Origin: a virus
Lineage: Duplodnaviria; Caudoviricetes
IMG/VR virus record: IMGVR_UViG_3300028588_000039
Span: 1 to 43,579 of that record
Direction: 5' to 3' (one strand)
DNA length: 43,579 nucleotides
Shown here: positions 24,686 through 34,675 of the stretch, in pieces
How positions within the stretch are numbered: position 1 is the stretch's first letter
Layout of the letters: each line of letters opens with the position of its first letter
The notes under the pieces: generated by a model
What the model was told of the DNA's origin: nothing
The model's input: the letters and a program-made list of their open reading frames with translations, nothing else
Databases searched by the model: none
Program-made: the position numbers and the translations under genes

Positions 24686-25201
24686 ATGGCCGCACTCAAA
24701 GACGAGGTGAAGCTGTTTATCGTCCAAGCGCTGGCCTGTTTCGACACGCCGACGCAGGTCTCTATTTCCGTAAAGGAAGAATTCGGGCTCGACGTTCCGC
24801 GTCAGCAGATCGCAACCTACGACCCCGAAAAGTACGTCGGACGACAGCTCAGCGCGAAGTGGAAGACGATCTTCCGCGACACGCGCGCCAAGTTCCGCGA
24901 GGACACCGCGGCCATTCCGATCGCCAGCCGGGCCTTCCGCCTGCGCGCGCTGGCCAGGATGGCGCAACAGGCCGAGGGTATGCGCAACATCGCGCTCGCC
25001 GTGGCCGTGATCGAGCAGGCTGCCAAGGAAGTAGGCGACGTTTATGTGAATCGCAAGGTCGACCCGGACAAGTCGCTCGACGAGGAAATCAAGCGCCTGG
25101 AAATTGACCGCCGCAAGGCCGAGCTGAAACAGCTTGAGACTGCCGGCGGCGACAAGACGGCTCAACTGCTGTCCGAATTAATCGCGAAGCTGCCTTCATG
25201 A
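24686..25201 (+). CDS. terS: Terminase small subunit (DUF2280-like)
   Basis: MAALKDEVKLFIVQALACFDTPTQV...YDP...IEQAAKE; coupled to terL. Confidence 0.8.
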   Translation: MAALKDEVKLFIVQALACFDTPTQVSISVKEEFGLDVPRQQIATYDPEKYVGRQLSAKWKTIFRDTRAKFREDTAAIPIASRAFRLRALARMAQQAEGMRNIALAVAVIEQAAKEVGDVYVNRKVDPDKSLDEEIKRLEIDRRKAELKQLETAGGDKTAQLLSELIAKLPS

Positions 25202-26517
25202 ACACCGGTAACCTGATGCTGGATCGCCAGCTTGCGCGCTGGTACCCACTGAAAGACCACCCTGTACAGCTGGCCCTGGTCGCAGCGGTGATGCTGGGCA
25301 TCCGCTTCCCGCTAGTGCCTGCCGGCCGCCGCAGCGGCAAGACCGAGCGCTTCAAGCGCTTCCTGGTGAAGATGGCGAATGCCGTGGTCGGGCAATACTT
25401 TGCTGCGGCGCCGACGCACGCGCAGGCGAAAAAAATCTTCTGGGATGACCTGAAGGCGTTCACGCTGTCGTCCCTACACCCGCGCCGGCCGAGCGAGTCT
25501 GACCTCATCATCTACATGCCGAACGGTAGCGAGATACACGTCATCGGCCTGGATAAGCCGCAGCGGATCGAGGGCATTCCGTGGAAAGGCGGCGGGATTG
25601 ATGAGTTCGCCGACGTGAAGTCCGACGCCTGGGAAGCGAACATCCTCCCGGCGCTGAACACCGTGAACCCGCTGGATCCCGATTACCGCGCCTGGTGTTG
25701 GCTGCTGGGCGTGCCTGATGGCCTGAATCACTACTACGACCTTTGCAGCAAAGCGGAGGCCGGCACCGATTCGAATTTCAAGGTGTACCACTGGAAGTCG
25801 GCCGAGATTCTGCCACCCGATGTCATCGCCGCGATGAAGAGCGCGATGTCGGAGAAGCAGTTCAAGCAGGAATTCGAGGCTTCGTTCGAGACCGCATCCG
25901 GCCGCATCTACGAGGACTACAGCAAGGCGAACCACACGGACGCGCGCATCGAGCCACACGAGCAGCTGATGTGGATGCACGACCAGAACTTCACGCCGCT
26001 GTCGTCGGCCATTGGCGTACGGCGCGACGGCGCGCTGTACCTACTCGACGAGATCGTGCTCACCAGCGCCGTATCGAAGCAGTCCGCCATGGAGTTCGTC
26101 GACAAGTTCAAGGAACACAAAAATCGGCACGTGCTGATCTACGGCGATCCTGCCGGCCAGGCTGGCGAGAAGCATGGCCACGCGTCCGACTACACGGACA
26201 TCGAGGCGGTGCTCAAGGCGAACAACTGGACTTACTCGCGCAGGGTCAAGCCGGCGCACCCGGCCATCAAGGATAGGCAGAACGCGGTGCGCACGAAGAT
26301 CAAGACCGCCGACGGAGTGCGCACGCTGTTCGTGAACCCAGCGACGGCAAAGTGGTGCGACAAGGGTCTTGCGACGGTGCAGCTGCAAGAAGGCTCGACG
26401 TTCCAGGAAGACCAGAAAAACAAGTACCAGCACATCACAACTGCTATCGGATACTGCGTGGATTACGAGTGGCCCTCGATTAAGCGCGCCGCTGTCGTCC
26501 GCACCCTCCAAATGTAA
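25198..26517 (+). CDS. terL: Terminase large subunit
   Basis: Walker A AGRRSGKT, Walker B GIDEFA, FKQEFEASF, nuclease-domain DQN and YGDPAG. Confidence 0.93.
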   Translation: MNTGNLMLDRQLARWYPLKDHPVQLALVAAVMLGIRFPLVPAGRRSGKTERFKRFLVKMANAVVGQYFAAAPTHAQAKKIFWDDLKAFTLSSLHPRRPSESDLIIYMPNGSEIHVIGLDKPQRIEGIPWKGGGIDEFADVKSDAWEANILPALNTVNPLDPDYRAWCWLLGVPDGLNHYYDLCSKAEAGTDSNFKVYHWKSAEILPPDVIAAMKSAMSEKQFKQEFEASFETASGRIYEDYSKANHTDARIEPHEQLMWMHDQNFTPLSSAIGVRRDGALYLLDEIVLTSAVSKQSAMEFVDKFKEHKNRHVLIYGDPAGQAGEKHGHASDYTDIEAVLKANNWTYSRRVKPAHPAIKDRQNAVRTKIKTADGVRTLFVNPATAKWCDKGLATVQLQEGSTFQEDQKNKYQHITTAIGYCVDYEWPSIKRAAVVRTLQM

Positions 26518-26527
26518 CAAGGATCAC

Positions 26528-27937
26528 ATGGCAACCAAGGTCAACGAGACGTCGCCCGCAGTCGATGCGATGGCCGGCGGGTGGCATAAAATCGACACGC
26601 TCTGCGGCGGCACCGATGCCATGCGCGCGGCGCGCGAGAAGTTCCTGCCGAGCTTCCCGCGCGAAGACGCCGACAGCTACGAGTACCGCCTCAACACCTC
26701 GACGCTGTTCAACGGCCTGGGCCGCACCGTCGAGAACATGGCCGCCAAGCCTTTTGCCGAGCTGGCCACCTTCACGGACATCGATCCCGAGCCGGCCGGG
26801 TGGCTGCAAAACGTCGACCTGTGCGGCAACAACCTGACCGTCTTCGCATTCAACTTGATGGCGGCAGGCCTGAAATACGGCCTGACGCACATCCTGGTGG
26901 AGTTCCCGTCGACGCAAGACGAGGACGGCAAGGCGCTCTACCCCACCCGCGCAGCCGAGCTCGCCGCCGGCGTGCGGCCATATCTCGTGCACATCAAGCC
27001 GCAGCAGGTCTTGGGCTGGAAGAGTCAGAAAACGGCCAGCGGCGCCGAGGAATTGTCGATGCTGCGTATCCTCGAATCGGTCGAGGTGGATGATGGCGAG
27101 TTCGGCACGGCCTGCGTGTCGCAGGTGCGCGTGCTGACGCCGGGCGCCTGGCAGACCTACCGCAAGACCGGGCAAAACAATTGGACGCAGCACGCCGCCG
27201 GCAAGGTGTCGCTCGACTTCATCCCACTGGTGACGTTCTACACCCGGCGCACCGGCTTCATGACTGCTACGCCGCCGCTCAAGGACCTGGCCGACCTGAA
27301 CCTCAAGCACTGGCAAAGCTCGAGCGATCAGGATTCGATCCTGCACACCGCTCGCGTGCCGATCTTGGCAATCACGGGTGTGACCGAAGAGACCAGCGTC
27401 GAGATCGGCGCCAAGTCGGCGCTGATGCTGCCGCAGGGCGCCGACGCCAAGTATGTCGAGCACACCGGTGCTGCGATCGAGGCCGGCCGCCTGTCGTTGC
27501 AGGACCTGGAAAACCAGATGCGCGCGATGGGCGCCGAGCTGCTGGCCGAGACGCAGGTTTCCACCACGGCGACGCAGAACAACATCGAGGACAGCGAGGC
27601 CAAGTGCCAGCTGTCGATGATGACCGAGGGGCTGGAGGATGCGCTCGACCTCGCGATCGACTTCATGCACAGGATGGTCAGGATCGAGTACAGGGGCGCG
27701 GTCAACCTGTACAAGGACTTCTCGTCCAGCACCGTGATGCAGACCGCTGGCCCGTTCGTCACCGCCCTGGTGCAGCTGGTCGACCGCGGCCTGCTGTCGA
27801 AGGAAGACGCGTTCAGCGAAATGCAGCGCTACGGCATCGTCAACCCTGACCTGGTCTGGCAGGACGTGCAGTCGCGCATCGAGCAGGAGCCGCCGCAGTT
27901 CAGCGTGCCAATGCCAGGCGCCGGCGTTCCAGCATGA
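26528..27937 (+). CDS. Portal protein (DUF4055-like)
   Basis: GGTDAMRAA...FLP...Y..RL; IPLV.F; PPL.DLA.LN..HWQSSSD; position after terL. Confidence 0.88.
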   Translation: MATKVNETSPAVDAMAGGWHKIDTLCGGTDAMRAAREKFLPSFPREDADSYEYRLNTSTLFNGLGRTVENMAAKPFAELATFTDIDPEPAGWLQNVDLCGNNLTVFAFNLMAAGLKYGLTHILVEFPSTQDEDGKALYPTRAAELAAGVRPYLVHIKPQQVLGWKSQKTASGAEELSMLRILESVEVDDGEFGTACVSQVRVLTPGAWQTYRKTGQNNWTQHAAGKVSLDFIPLVTFYTRRTGFMTATPPLKDLADLNLKHWQSSSDQDSILHTARVPILAITGVTEETSVEIGAKSALMLPQGADAKYVEHTGAAIEAGRLSLQDLENQMRAMGAELLAETQVSTTATQNNIEDSEAKCQLSMMTEGLEDALDLAIDFMHRMVRIEYRGAVNLYKDFSSSTVMQTAGPFVTALVQLVDRGLLSKEDAFSEMQRYGIVNPDLVWQDVQSRIEQEPPQFSVPMPGAGVPA

Positions 27938-29118
27938 GCGCGCTCGAACAGTTCCTGATGGAGCTGCTGCTGGCCCAGCACGTCGACATGCTCCGCGCCG
28001 AGGCCGAGGTCCGGGCGCGCGTGCTGGCGGTGCTGGTGCTGATGCAGCGAGACATCGTGTCGCTGCTGGCCAACGCGCCGGAGCTGTCTGCGCTGGGCAA
28101 GGCCGGCAAGAACGCCCTGCTCCGCGAATCGAACGAGATGATCGCCGCCTACTTCGGCAAGGCGCAGCTCGAGCTGGACCTGGTCGCCGTGGCCGAGGTC
28201 GAGGCGCGCGCCGTGCAGGCGGCGCTGGCCAAGGTGATCGACCTGTCGCCAGGTGCGGAACTGCCTGCCGGCGCCGAGCTGCGCGCGGCCCTGACGGAAG
28301 CACGTGCAGCAGCGAGTGCCGAAGCGGTTGCGGCCTCGATCGAGATTCGCCTGGGCGTCGCGCTGCCGACCGAGAACTACCTGCGCACGCTGGCCAGCGA
28401 CGCGCTGATCCGGGGTTCGCCGGCGAAGAACTGGTGGCTGCGCCAGGCGCAGGACGTACAGTTCAAGCTGGCCAACGAGATCCGGATCGGCGCGGCCCAG
28501 GGCGAAACGAACGCGCAGATCATCAAGCGGATCGTCGGACAGGAGGTCACCGCCAAGGCGCCGGCTGAAGGCGGCCCGCCGGGCGTCATGCCGCTGGCCA
28601 GGCGCAACGCGGCGGCGATCGTGCAGACCAGCATGCAGACCGTGGCGGCGCAGGCGCGGCGCAAGACGATGGAGGTCAACGGCGACATCGCAAACGGCAT
28701 CATGCAGGTGTCGACGCTCGACGGGCACACCAGCCTGACCTGCATCGCCTACAGCGGCGCGACCTGGGATCTGGACTACGAGCCGGTCGGCGACAACGAC
28801 CTGCCCTACAACGGCGGCGTGCCGCGCCACTGGGGTTGCCGGTCGGCCGAGACGCTGATCCTGAAGACGCTGCGCGAGATGGGCATCGACATGGACGAGC
28901 CAGACCCGGGCACACGCGCGTCGTCGAGCGGGCAGATTTCGGCCAAGACCACGTTTGCCGACTACCTGAAGATGAAGGGCGAGGCCTACCAGAACGAAGT
29001 GCTGGGACCAGGCCGAGCGGAATTGTTCCGCGCCGGCAAGCTGAGCCCGCGCGATCTGGTCGACATGTCGGGCCGGCCGCTGAAGCTGAGCGAACTGCGG
29101 GCGCGCCTCGACCAGTAG
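27934..29118 (+). CDS. Minor head morphogenesis protein (SPP1 gp7/MuF-like)
   Basis: STLDGHTS..C, PRHWGCRS, QNEVLG..RAELFRAG. Confidence 0.85.
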   Translation: MSALEQFLMELLLAQHVDMLRAEAEVRARVLAVLVLMQRDIVSLLANAPELSALGKAGKNALLRESNEMIAAYFGKAQLELDLVAVAEVEARAVQAALAKVIDLSPGAELPAGAELRAALTEARAAASAEAVAASIEIRLGVALPTENYLRTLASDALIRGSPAKNWWLRQAQDVQFKLANEIRIGAAQGETNAQIIKRIVGQEVTAKAPAEGGPPGVMPLARRNAAAIVQTSMQTVAAQARRKTMEVNGDIANGIMQVSTLDGHTSLTCIAYSGATWDLDYEPVGDNDLPYNGGVPRHWGCRSAETLILKTLREMGIDMDEPDPGTRASSSGQISAKTTFADYLKMKGEAYQNEVLGPGRAELFRAGKLSPRDLVDMSGRPLKLSELRARLDQ

Positions 29119-29132
29119 CGTAGAATCGACGC

Positions 29133-29327
29133 ATGACCTTCGATCCCAAATCACTGCTGACACCGCCTGGGCTGACCGTTGACGCCCTGGCCGCCGAGCT
29201 CAATCGGCTGTCCGCCATCGGCATGGGCGGCACCCTGGTTAAGCTCCCGGATGGAAGGGAAATCGAGGCGCTGCGCCTGCAGGCCTCTGGCGAGGTGCCA
29301 GCGCACTTCGTGATCAAACCGAAATAG
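29133..29327 (+). CDS. Hypothetical protein
   Basis: 64-aa ORF between MuF-like and scaffold genes, followed by a terminator. Confidence 0.5.
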   Translation: MTFDPKSLLTPPGLTVDALAAELNRLSAIGMGGTLVKLPDGREIEALRLQASGEVPAHFVIKPK

Positions 29328-29345
29328 CAGTACACAATTTCAACG

Positions 29346-29377
29346 AAAGCCGCCCGGGCGACCTGGCGGCTTTTTTT
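29346..29377 (+). terminator. Intrinsic terminator-like hairpin
   Basis: AAAGCCGCC...GGCGGCTTTTTTT. Confidence 0.7.
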
Positions 29378-29455
29378 ATTGCCGATAGCGGATGCGATTC
29401 GGTGTCCGGCCCGGAAAGGCCACTCACATTGGGCGGATGCCCGGAAAGCCACCAG

Positions 29456-30214
29456 ATGAAACTCAAACTCGACGAAAACGGCCATGTTGTTGTGCAGGAC
29501 GGCAAACCTGTCTATGTCCACGACGACGGCAAGGAAGTGGCATTCGATGCCGCTGGCACTGTCCAGACCATCGGCCGGTTGAACGCCGAAGCCAAATCCC
29601 ACCGCGAGCGCGCCGAGGCAGCTGAGGGCAAGTACAAACCATTCGAGGGCATCGACGACGCGGCCGCCGCCCGCAAGGCGCTGGAGACCGTCAAGAACCT
29701 GGACGCCAAGAAGCTGATCGACGCCGGCGAAGTGGAAACCGTCAAGGCCGAGATCACCAAGGCATTCCAGGCGCAGCTCGACCAGGCCACCACCAAGGCG
29801 CAGACGCTGGAGCAGTCCCTGTACGCAGAGAAGATCGGCGGCTCGTTTGCGCGCTCGCCCCTGATCGTGGGCGACAAGGCCAAGCTCGCGATTCCTGCCG
29901 ACCTGGTGCAGGCGCGCTTCGGCAGCGCCTTCAAGATCGAAGACGGCAAGGTCGTCGCCTACGACACCCAGGGCCAGAAGATCTACAGCCGCAGCAAGCC
30001 GGGCGAACTGGCCGACTTCGACGAGGCGCTCGACGTTCTCGTGGACCAGTACCCGCATAAGGATTCCATCCTGAAAAGCTCGGGCGCTTCTGGTGGCGGT
30101 GCCAGCAACAGCGGCCCCGGTGGCAACCAAGGGCCGAAAGGAAATTTCGGCGGCAACAAGACGGAGCGTGCAGCGGCTATCGCGGCCCGCTTCCCGAATC
30201 TGCCGCAGAACTGA
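29456..30214 (+). CDS. Capsid scaffolding protein
   Basis: MKLKLDENGHVVVQDGKPVYV, coiled coil, SGGGA tail; precedes capsid. Confidence 0.85.
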   Translation: MKLKLDENGHVVVQDGKPVYVHDDGKEVAFDAAGTVQTIGRLNAEAKSHRERAEAAEGKYKPFEGIDDAAAARKALETVKNLDAKKLIDAGEVETVKAEITKAFQAQLDQATTKAQTLEQSLYAEKIGGSFARSPLIVGDKAKLAIPADLVQARFGSAFKIEDGKVVAYDTQGQKIYSRSKPGELADFDEALDVLVDQYPHKDSILKSSGASGGGASNSGPGGNQGPKGNFGGNKTERAAAIAARFPNLPQN

Positions 30215-30236
30215 CGCAGTACCGAAAGACATTCGA

Positions 30237-30262
30237 AAGCCTCCCGCGTGGAGGCTTTTTTC
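30237..30262 (+). terminator. Intrinsic terminator-like hairpin
   Basis: AAAGCCTCC...GGAGGCTTTTTT. Confidence 0.7.
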
Positions 30263-30348
30263 TTGCCAGCTATCTCGGATGAGGGCGGCGCGCTGAGGTG
30301 GATGCCTCAATCAACCATATAGACAACACTTTGCGATAAGGAAACACC

Positions 30349-31317
30349 ATGTCCCTCACCCAGATGCAAGTTTTCAACCAGTACATCATGCCCGCGACGA
30401 TCGAGACGCTGGCGCAAATGGTGGACAAGTTCAACGGCGCCTCGAACGGCGCGATCCGCCTGACCACCGAAGGCTTCGACGGCGACTTCCTGCAGGAATC
30501 GTTCTTCGCCGCCATCCACTCGGCCCAGCGCCGCGTGGACCGTTATGGCACGAACGGCGCCGCCACTGCCACCGATCTGACGCAACTGAAGCACTCGTCG
30601 GTGAAGATCGCCGGCGGCTTCGGTCCGATCCGCTTCGAGCCGTCGCAACTGACCTGGCTCAACAAGCCGACCGCCGAAGGTATCGAAGTCGCCTCGCGCA
30701 ACTTCGCCGAAGCCCTGATGGCCGACCAGCTGAACACTGCCGTTGCCGCCCTGGTGGCCGCGATCGCCAACCAGTCGTCCGCGACCAACGACGTGTCGGC
30801 TACCGCCGGCGTGGATTACATCGCCATGAATGCCGCCCACGCACTGTTCGGCGACGCCTCCGGCCAACTGGTCGCCCAGGTGATGACCGGCCAGGTCTTC
30901 CACCGCATGATCGGCCAGAACCTGGCCAACGGCGCCAAGCTGTTCGACTCGAAGTCGGTCAACGTGATCGACATCCTGGGCCGCGCCATCATCGTGACCG
31001 ATGCCCCGGCGCTGTACGCCGCTGGCACGCCGAGCAAGCAGAAGGTGCTGTCGCTGGTGGACGGTGCTGCGACCGTGTTCGACGGCTCGGACCTGATCAG
31101 CAACATCCAGACCACCAACGGCAAGGTGCGCATCGAAACCACGATGCAGGTCGACTACACCTTCGGCCTGTCCCTGAAGGGTTACACCTGGGACGAAGCG
31201 AACGGTGGCAAGTCGCCGACCGATGCCGCGCTGGCGACCGGCTCGAACTGGGACAAGGTCGCATCCAGCATCAAGGCAACCGCCGGCGTGATCACCATCG
31301 GCGACGCGGCCAAGTAA
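30349..31317 (+). CDS. Major capsid protein
   Basis: 322 aa after scaffold; FNGASNGAI, ILGR.IIVTDAP, KGYTWD...GGKSPTDAALATGSNWDK. Confidence 0.92.
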   Translation: MSLTQMQVFNQYIMPATIETLAQMVDKFNGASNGAIRLTTEGFDGDFLQESFFAAIHSAQRRVDRYGTNGAATATDLTQLKHSSVKIAGGFGPIRFEPSQLTWLNKPTAEGIEVASRNFAEALMADQLNTAVAALVAAIANQSSATNDVSATAGVDYIAMNAAHALFGDASGQLVAQVMTGQVFHRMIGQNLANGAKLFDSKSVNVIDILGRAIIVTDAPALYAAGTPSKQKVLSLVDGAATVFDGSDLISNIQTTNGKVRIETTMQVDYTFGLSLKGYTWDEANGGKSPTDAALATGSNWDKVASSIKATAGVITIGDAAK

Positions 31318-31367
31318 GCCAGTGGCCGGGCCTCGCGGGGTCCGGCCGCTTCACATAAGGAGCCGCC

Positions 31368-31682
31368 ATGGCCAACGAACAAAAGCCGATCTGGTATCTG
31401 CCGGGTCCAAATTTCCAGTACGTCGAGGATGTCAAGGCGCTGGCCCGCGAGGCCGGCCTGCGCATTATCGACGCGAACGTGACGAGCGACCGCTCGCACG
31501 AAGCAGAAGACCCGCCGAAGGTCACCCTGAAGTCGGCGGCGCTCGAAGCTGACGCCGCCGAACCGCAGGAAGGCAAGCTGACCGTCGCACAGCTGCGCGA
31601 AGAACTGACCGCGCGCGGCATTGCCTTCGAAGCCAACGCCAAGAAGGCCGACCTGCAGGCGCTGCTCGACGCAGCGAAGTAA
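31368..31682 (+). CDS. Head-associated protein with C-terminal HeH/LEM-like motif
   Basis: LTVAQLREELTARGIAFEANAKKADLQALL. Confidence 0.8.
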   Translation: MANEQKPIWYLPGPNFQYVEDVKALAREAGLRIIDANVTSDRSHEAEDPPKVTLKSAALEADAAEPQEGKLTVAQLREELTARGIAFEANAKKADLQALLDAAK

Positions 31683-31685
31683 CCC

Positions 31686-31874
31686 ATGCGCCCCGCGACC
31701 GCCGCCTGGCTCGCCCGTGCGCGCGCCAACGCGGCGGCGCCGGGCACCACCTTCGTCATCGTTCGCGGCCCGGCCGGCTCGGTGGCGATCCTTCCTGAAG
31801 AAATAGTCGGCAAGTCCGACGACGAACTGCTGGCGTTTATTTGCCGGCGACTCGCTGAATCACGACCAATTTGA
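31686..31874 (+). CDS. Hypothetical protein
   Basis: 62-aa ORF filling the operon gap. Confidence 0.55.
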   Translation: MRPATAAWLARARANAAAPGTTFVIVRGPAGSVAILPEEIVGKSDDELLAFICRRLAESRPI

Positions 31875-31883
31875 AAGGCCGCC

Positions 31884-32378
31884 ATGGCGATTTCCTCGAC
31901 CGACATCCAATACCGCCTGTCGGGCGGTGCTTCGAATGCATCCCCGGCCGCATCCTTGGGCGGCGCCAAGTCGTCGACCACAGCTGGCGCCGCGATCTTC
32001 GATGACGTCTCGTCGGCCGAAGCCACCGCTGGCGATGTCGAATACCGCTGCGTCTACGTGCACAACGCCCATGCCAGCCTGTCGCTGATCGGCGCTGTGC
32101 TGTTCATCCTGACCAACACCCCGAGCACCTCGACCACCGTCGACGTCGGCCTGGGAACTTCGGCTGTGAACGGTACCGAGCAGACGGTCGCCGACGAATC
32201 GACTGCACCGAGTGGCGTCACGTACTCCGCGGCAGCGAACCAGGCCGCCGGCATCGCCCTGGGCGACATCCCGGCCGGGCAGTCCCGCGCCGTGTGGGTG
32301 CGCCGCACGATCAGCGCCGGCGCCGCAGCTGTCAACGATACCTTCACCTTCCGCGCGGCAGGGGATACCGCAGCATGA
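31884..32378 (+). CDS. Putative virion structural protein
   Basis: SLGG..S, IFDDVS..EA.AGDVEYRC.YV.N, AVWVRRTI; beta-rich, in the head operon. Confidence 0.7.
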   Translation: MAISSTDIQYRLSGGASNASPAASLGGAKSSTTAGAAIFDDVSSAEATAGDVEYRCVYVHNAHASLSLIGAVLFILTNTPSTSTTVDVGLGTSAVNGTEQTVADESTAPSGVTYSAAANQAAGIALGDIPAGQSRAVWVRRTISAGAAAVNDTFTFRAAGDTAA

Positions 32379-34672
32379 AGCATTTCGACCGGGTAAAGAC
32401 CACCACCACGACCGCCGGCGCCGGCGCGATCACGTGCGCCGCGACCGCGACATCGGCTGAACTGCGCACGCTGCCTGCGGCCGGCGCCGTGGTGGGCGAT
32501 GTGTTCGGGTATTCGATTGGCATTGCTGGTTCAGCCGAGTGGGAAAACGGCATTGGCGCAATCACGGCCATCAGCGGCGGTGTGGCGACGTTCTTGCGCA
32601 CGCCGACGGCCAGCTCGAACGGCAATGCACTGGTCAACTTTAGTGCCGGCACCAAGGAAGTGGTGTGCACGCCGCTGGCGGCGACGCTGACGAAATGGGA
32701 CGGCGGGACATCCACCCGCGTGGTCTACCTGTCGAATTTCTGCGTCTCCGATACCGACCTGAGCATGTATTCGCCGGTCGCCGGCGTGGATCAGCGCGCG
32801 AAGATTCAAGCGGTGCTTGATCTGCCTGGGCCACTTCGCGTTGTGTGGGACGTGAAGGTGACCCTGGCGAACCATCCAGACGGTTCGGGCGACACCCTGC
32901 GCGTACACGGAAACACGGAGATTATCCCGCTCCATGGCTGCGGCGCGCTGCAGGCTGCCGGTTCGACCGGCCGCATGCTCATCAATGCCAACCCGACTGT
33001 TACCGCCAAAAACAGCCACCAGTACATCATCGACGAAAACATCACGATTGACGGCGGCATCTGGCACGGCAACGTCGGCGGGCAGGCCGGAAAGAATGAC
33101 GTCTTCAATTTCTTCGGCGTTCGCAATCTGGTGACTAAAAACTACAAGATCATTCGTGCGTCCGGCATGGCCCATCGCTGCATCAACGTGGACCAGATGA
33201 AAAACCGTCATTACACGATTGATTTCGGGGCGGGCAACACCACGCCAAACACCGATGGCATGCACTTCCACGGCCCGCTTTCGGGCCTGCGCGACCATAA
33301 CGGCAGAATCGATAATTGCGGTGATGATGCATTCGCACTGAATGCCGATGATGCATGGGGCGAGGCCAACTTCACCGGCCCCTACGACAACGTTTACGGG
33401 GCGATCCAGGACGTGAAGGTGACCAACCTCACGTTCAATTCCGCCTTGTTCGGTGTGCGGCTGCTGTCGGGCGCGTCGCGTCTCACCGATGTCAGTTTTG
33501 CCAACACAAACGGCACGACCACCGGCTATGGCTTCCTCATCGACAACTACCTGACGCCGTCGCGCTGCGTTCTGCCTGGGCCCGGTAACTTCGGCGACAT
33601 CACGGTCGATGGCTGGCACGTAAAAACGGCGTTCCATACGCCCGGCGAAGCACCAGAGTTCCAGATGGCGATGCACATCACCGCCAAGGTCGAGCAACTG
33701 ACCCTGGATAACATCGTCAAGCGCGACTTCAACAACGTCATTTACCCCGCAATCCGGATTGGTCCGAAGGCGGATATCGATCAGTTGAATATCCGGTATC
33801 GAAGCCGGAATTACAACGGCGGAACCTACTTGACGGATCAGATCGAATTCGCAGGCGGCGCTAAAGTCAATCAGGCGGTGATTAACGCGGTGGCATATGC
33901 TGCGTCGGTCCTCTCTGGTTCGGTTGTGCGAATCAGGTCCGGCGCGAGCGTGGGGCAATTACTCCTGTCCGGCCTTGCTACGAATTTCTCGTCCATGTTG
34001 CTTAACGAAGGCTATGTAGGTGGCTTGCACGACACAAGCTTTGTTGATAGCCAGGGCGTGAGCTGGGTGACCACTTCCGGCGCGCCGTGGGTGCAGAGCA
34101 GCGGCTCGGATGACGTCAGCTATAACGGGCCTTATCCTGGCGTGGTTGCTTACGCACGAAAATCAACTCCTGACACTTTCGGCGGGAACGTGAAGTTTTC
34201 CAGTCAGATATCGTTCGGCGGATCGTCGAAGCAGTCAGGCTTGCATGCTGCTCTTATCGTACGAGGAACCAATACCGTCACGAGTAGCTCGACCGCACGG
34301 AACTGCTATGGCCTGGATATCCAGTTGGATCAGGGTGGCAGTTTTAGTTTCTTCAAGTTCGTCAACGGGACGCAGAGTAGTTTGGGAACGGGCATTTCAA
34401 ACTTGTTTGATTTGAATGCAGCCTATCGTTTCAGTTTGACGGCAAAGACCAGTAGCGGCGTTACCACCCTGATGGCAACAGCCCAGCGTGTTTCGGACAG
34501 CTATTGGTTGCAGCCAAACGGGACATGGGCGGCGACGGCGGCAACTGCGCTAACGGCTACCGATTCTTCATTGCCGGCGGCAGCAGGCGAATACGGCTAC
34601 TACGCCTACAACGAAGCCAACAGCGGCGTGAACATCGGGTTCACGCAAGCAGCCATTGTCGCGGCACCATAA
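32375..34672 (+). CDS. Fibre/spike protein with pectin-lyase-like beta-helix (putative depolymerase)
   Basis: N-terminal DRVKTTTTT...EWENGIG...SSN..ALVNFSAGTKEV anchor; NITIDGGIWHGN, NTDGMH, GDDAFALN; beta-sandwich C-terminus. Confidence 0.75.
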   Translation: MKHFDRVKTTTTTAGAGAITCAATATSAELRTLPAAGAVVGDVFGYSIGIAGSAEWENGIGAITAISGGVATFLRTPTASSNGNALVNFSAGTKEVVCTPLAATLTKWDGGTSTRVVYLSNFCVSDTDLSMYSPVAGVDQRAKIQAVLDLPGPLRVVWDVKVTLANHPDGSGDTLRVHGNTEIIPLHGCGALQAAGSTGRMLINANPTVTAKNSHQYIIDENITIDGGIWHGNVGGQAGKNDVFNFFGVRNLVTKNYKIIRASGMAHRCINVDQMKNRHYTIDFGAGNTTPNTDGMHFHGPLSGLRDHNGRIDNCGDDAFALNADDAWGEANFTGPYDNVYGAIQDVKVTNLTFNSALFGVRLLSGASRLTDVSFANTNGTTTGYGFLIDNYLTPSRCVLPGPGNFGDITVDGWHVKTAFHTPGEAPEFQMAMHITAKVEQLTLDNIVKRDFNNVIYPAIRIGPKADIDQLNIRYRSRNYNGGTYLTDQIEFAGGAKVNQAVINAVAYAASVLSGSVVRIRSGASVGQLLLSGLATNFSSMLLNEGYVGGLHDTSFVDSQGVSWVTTSGAPWVQSSGSDDVSYNGPYPGVVAYARKSTPDTFGGNVKFSSQISFGGSSKQSGLHAALIVRGTNTVTSSSTARNCYGLDIQLDQGGSFSFFKFVNGTQSSLGTGISNLFDLNAAYRFSLTAKTSSGVTTLMATAQRVSDSYWLQPNGTWAATAATALTATDSSLPAAAGEYGYYAYNEANSGVNIGFTQAAIVAAP

Positions 34673-34675
34673 ACC

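Noticed and set aside
26480-30310. Long minus-strand ORFs of 607, 444 and 536 aa
   Set aside because: Shadows of portal, minor head and scaffold genes.
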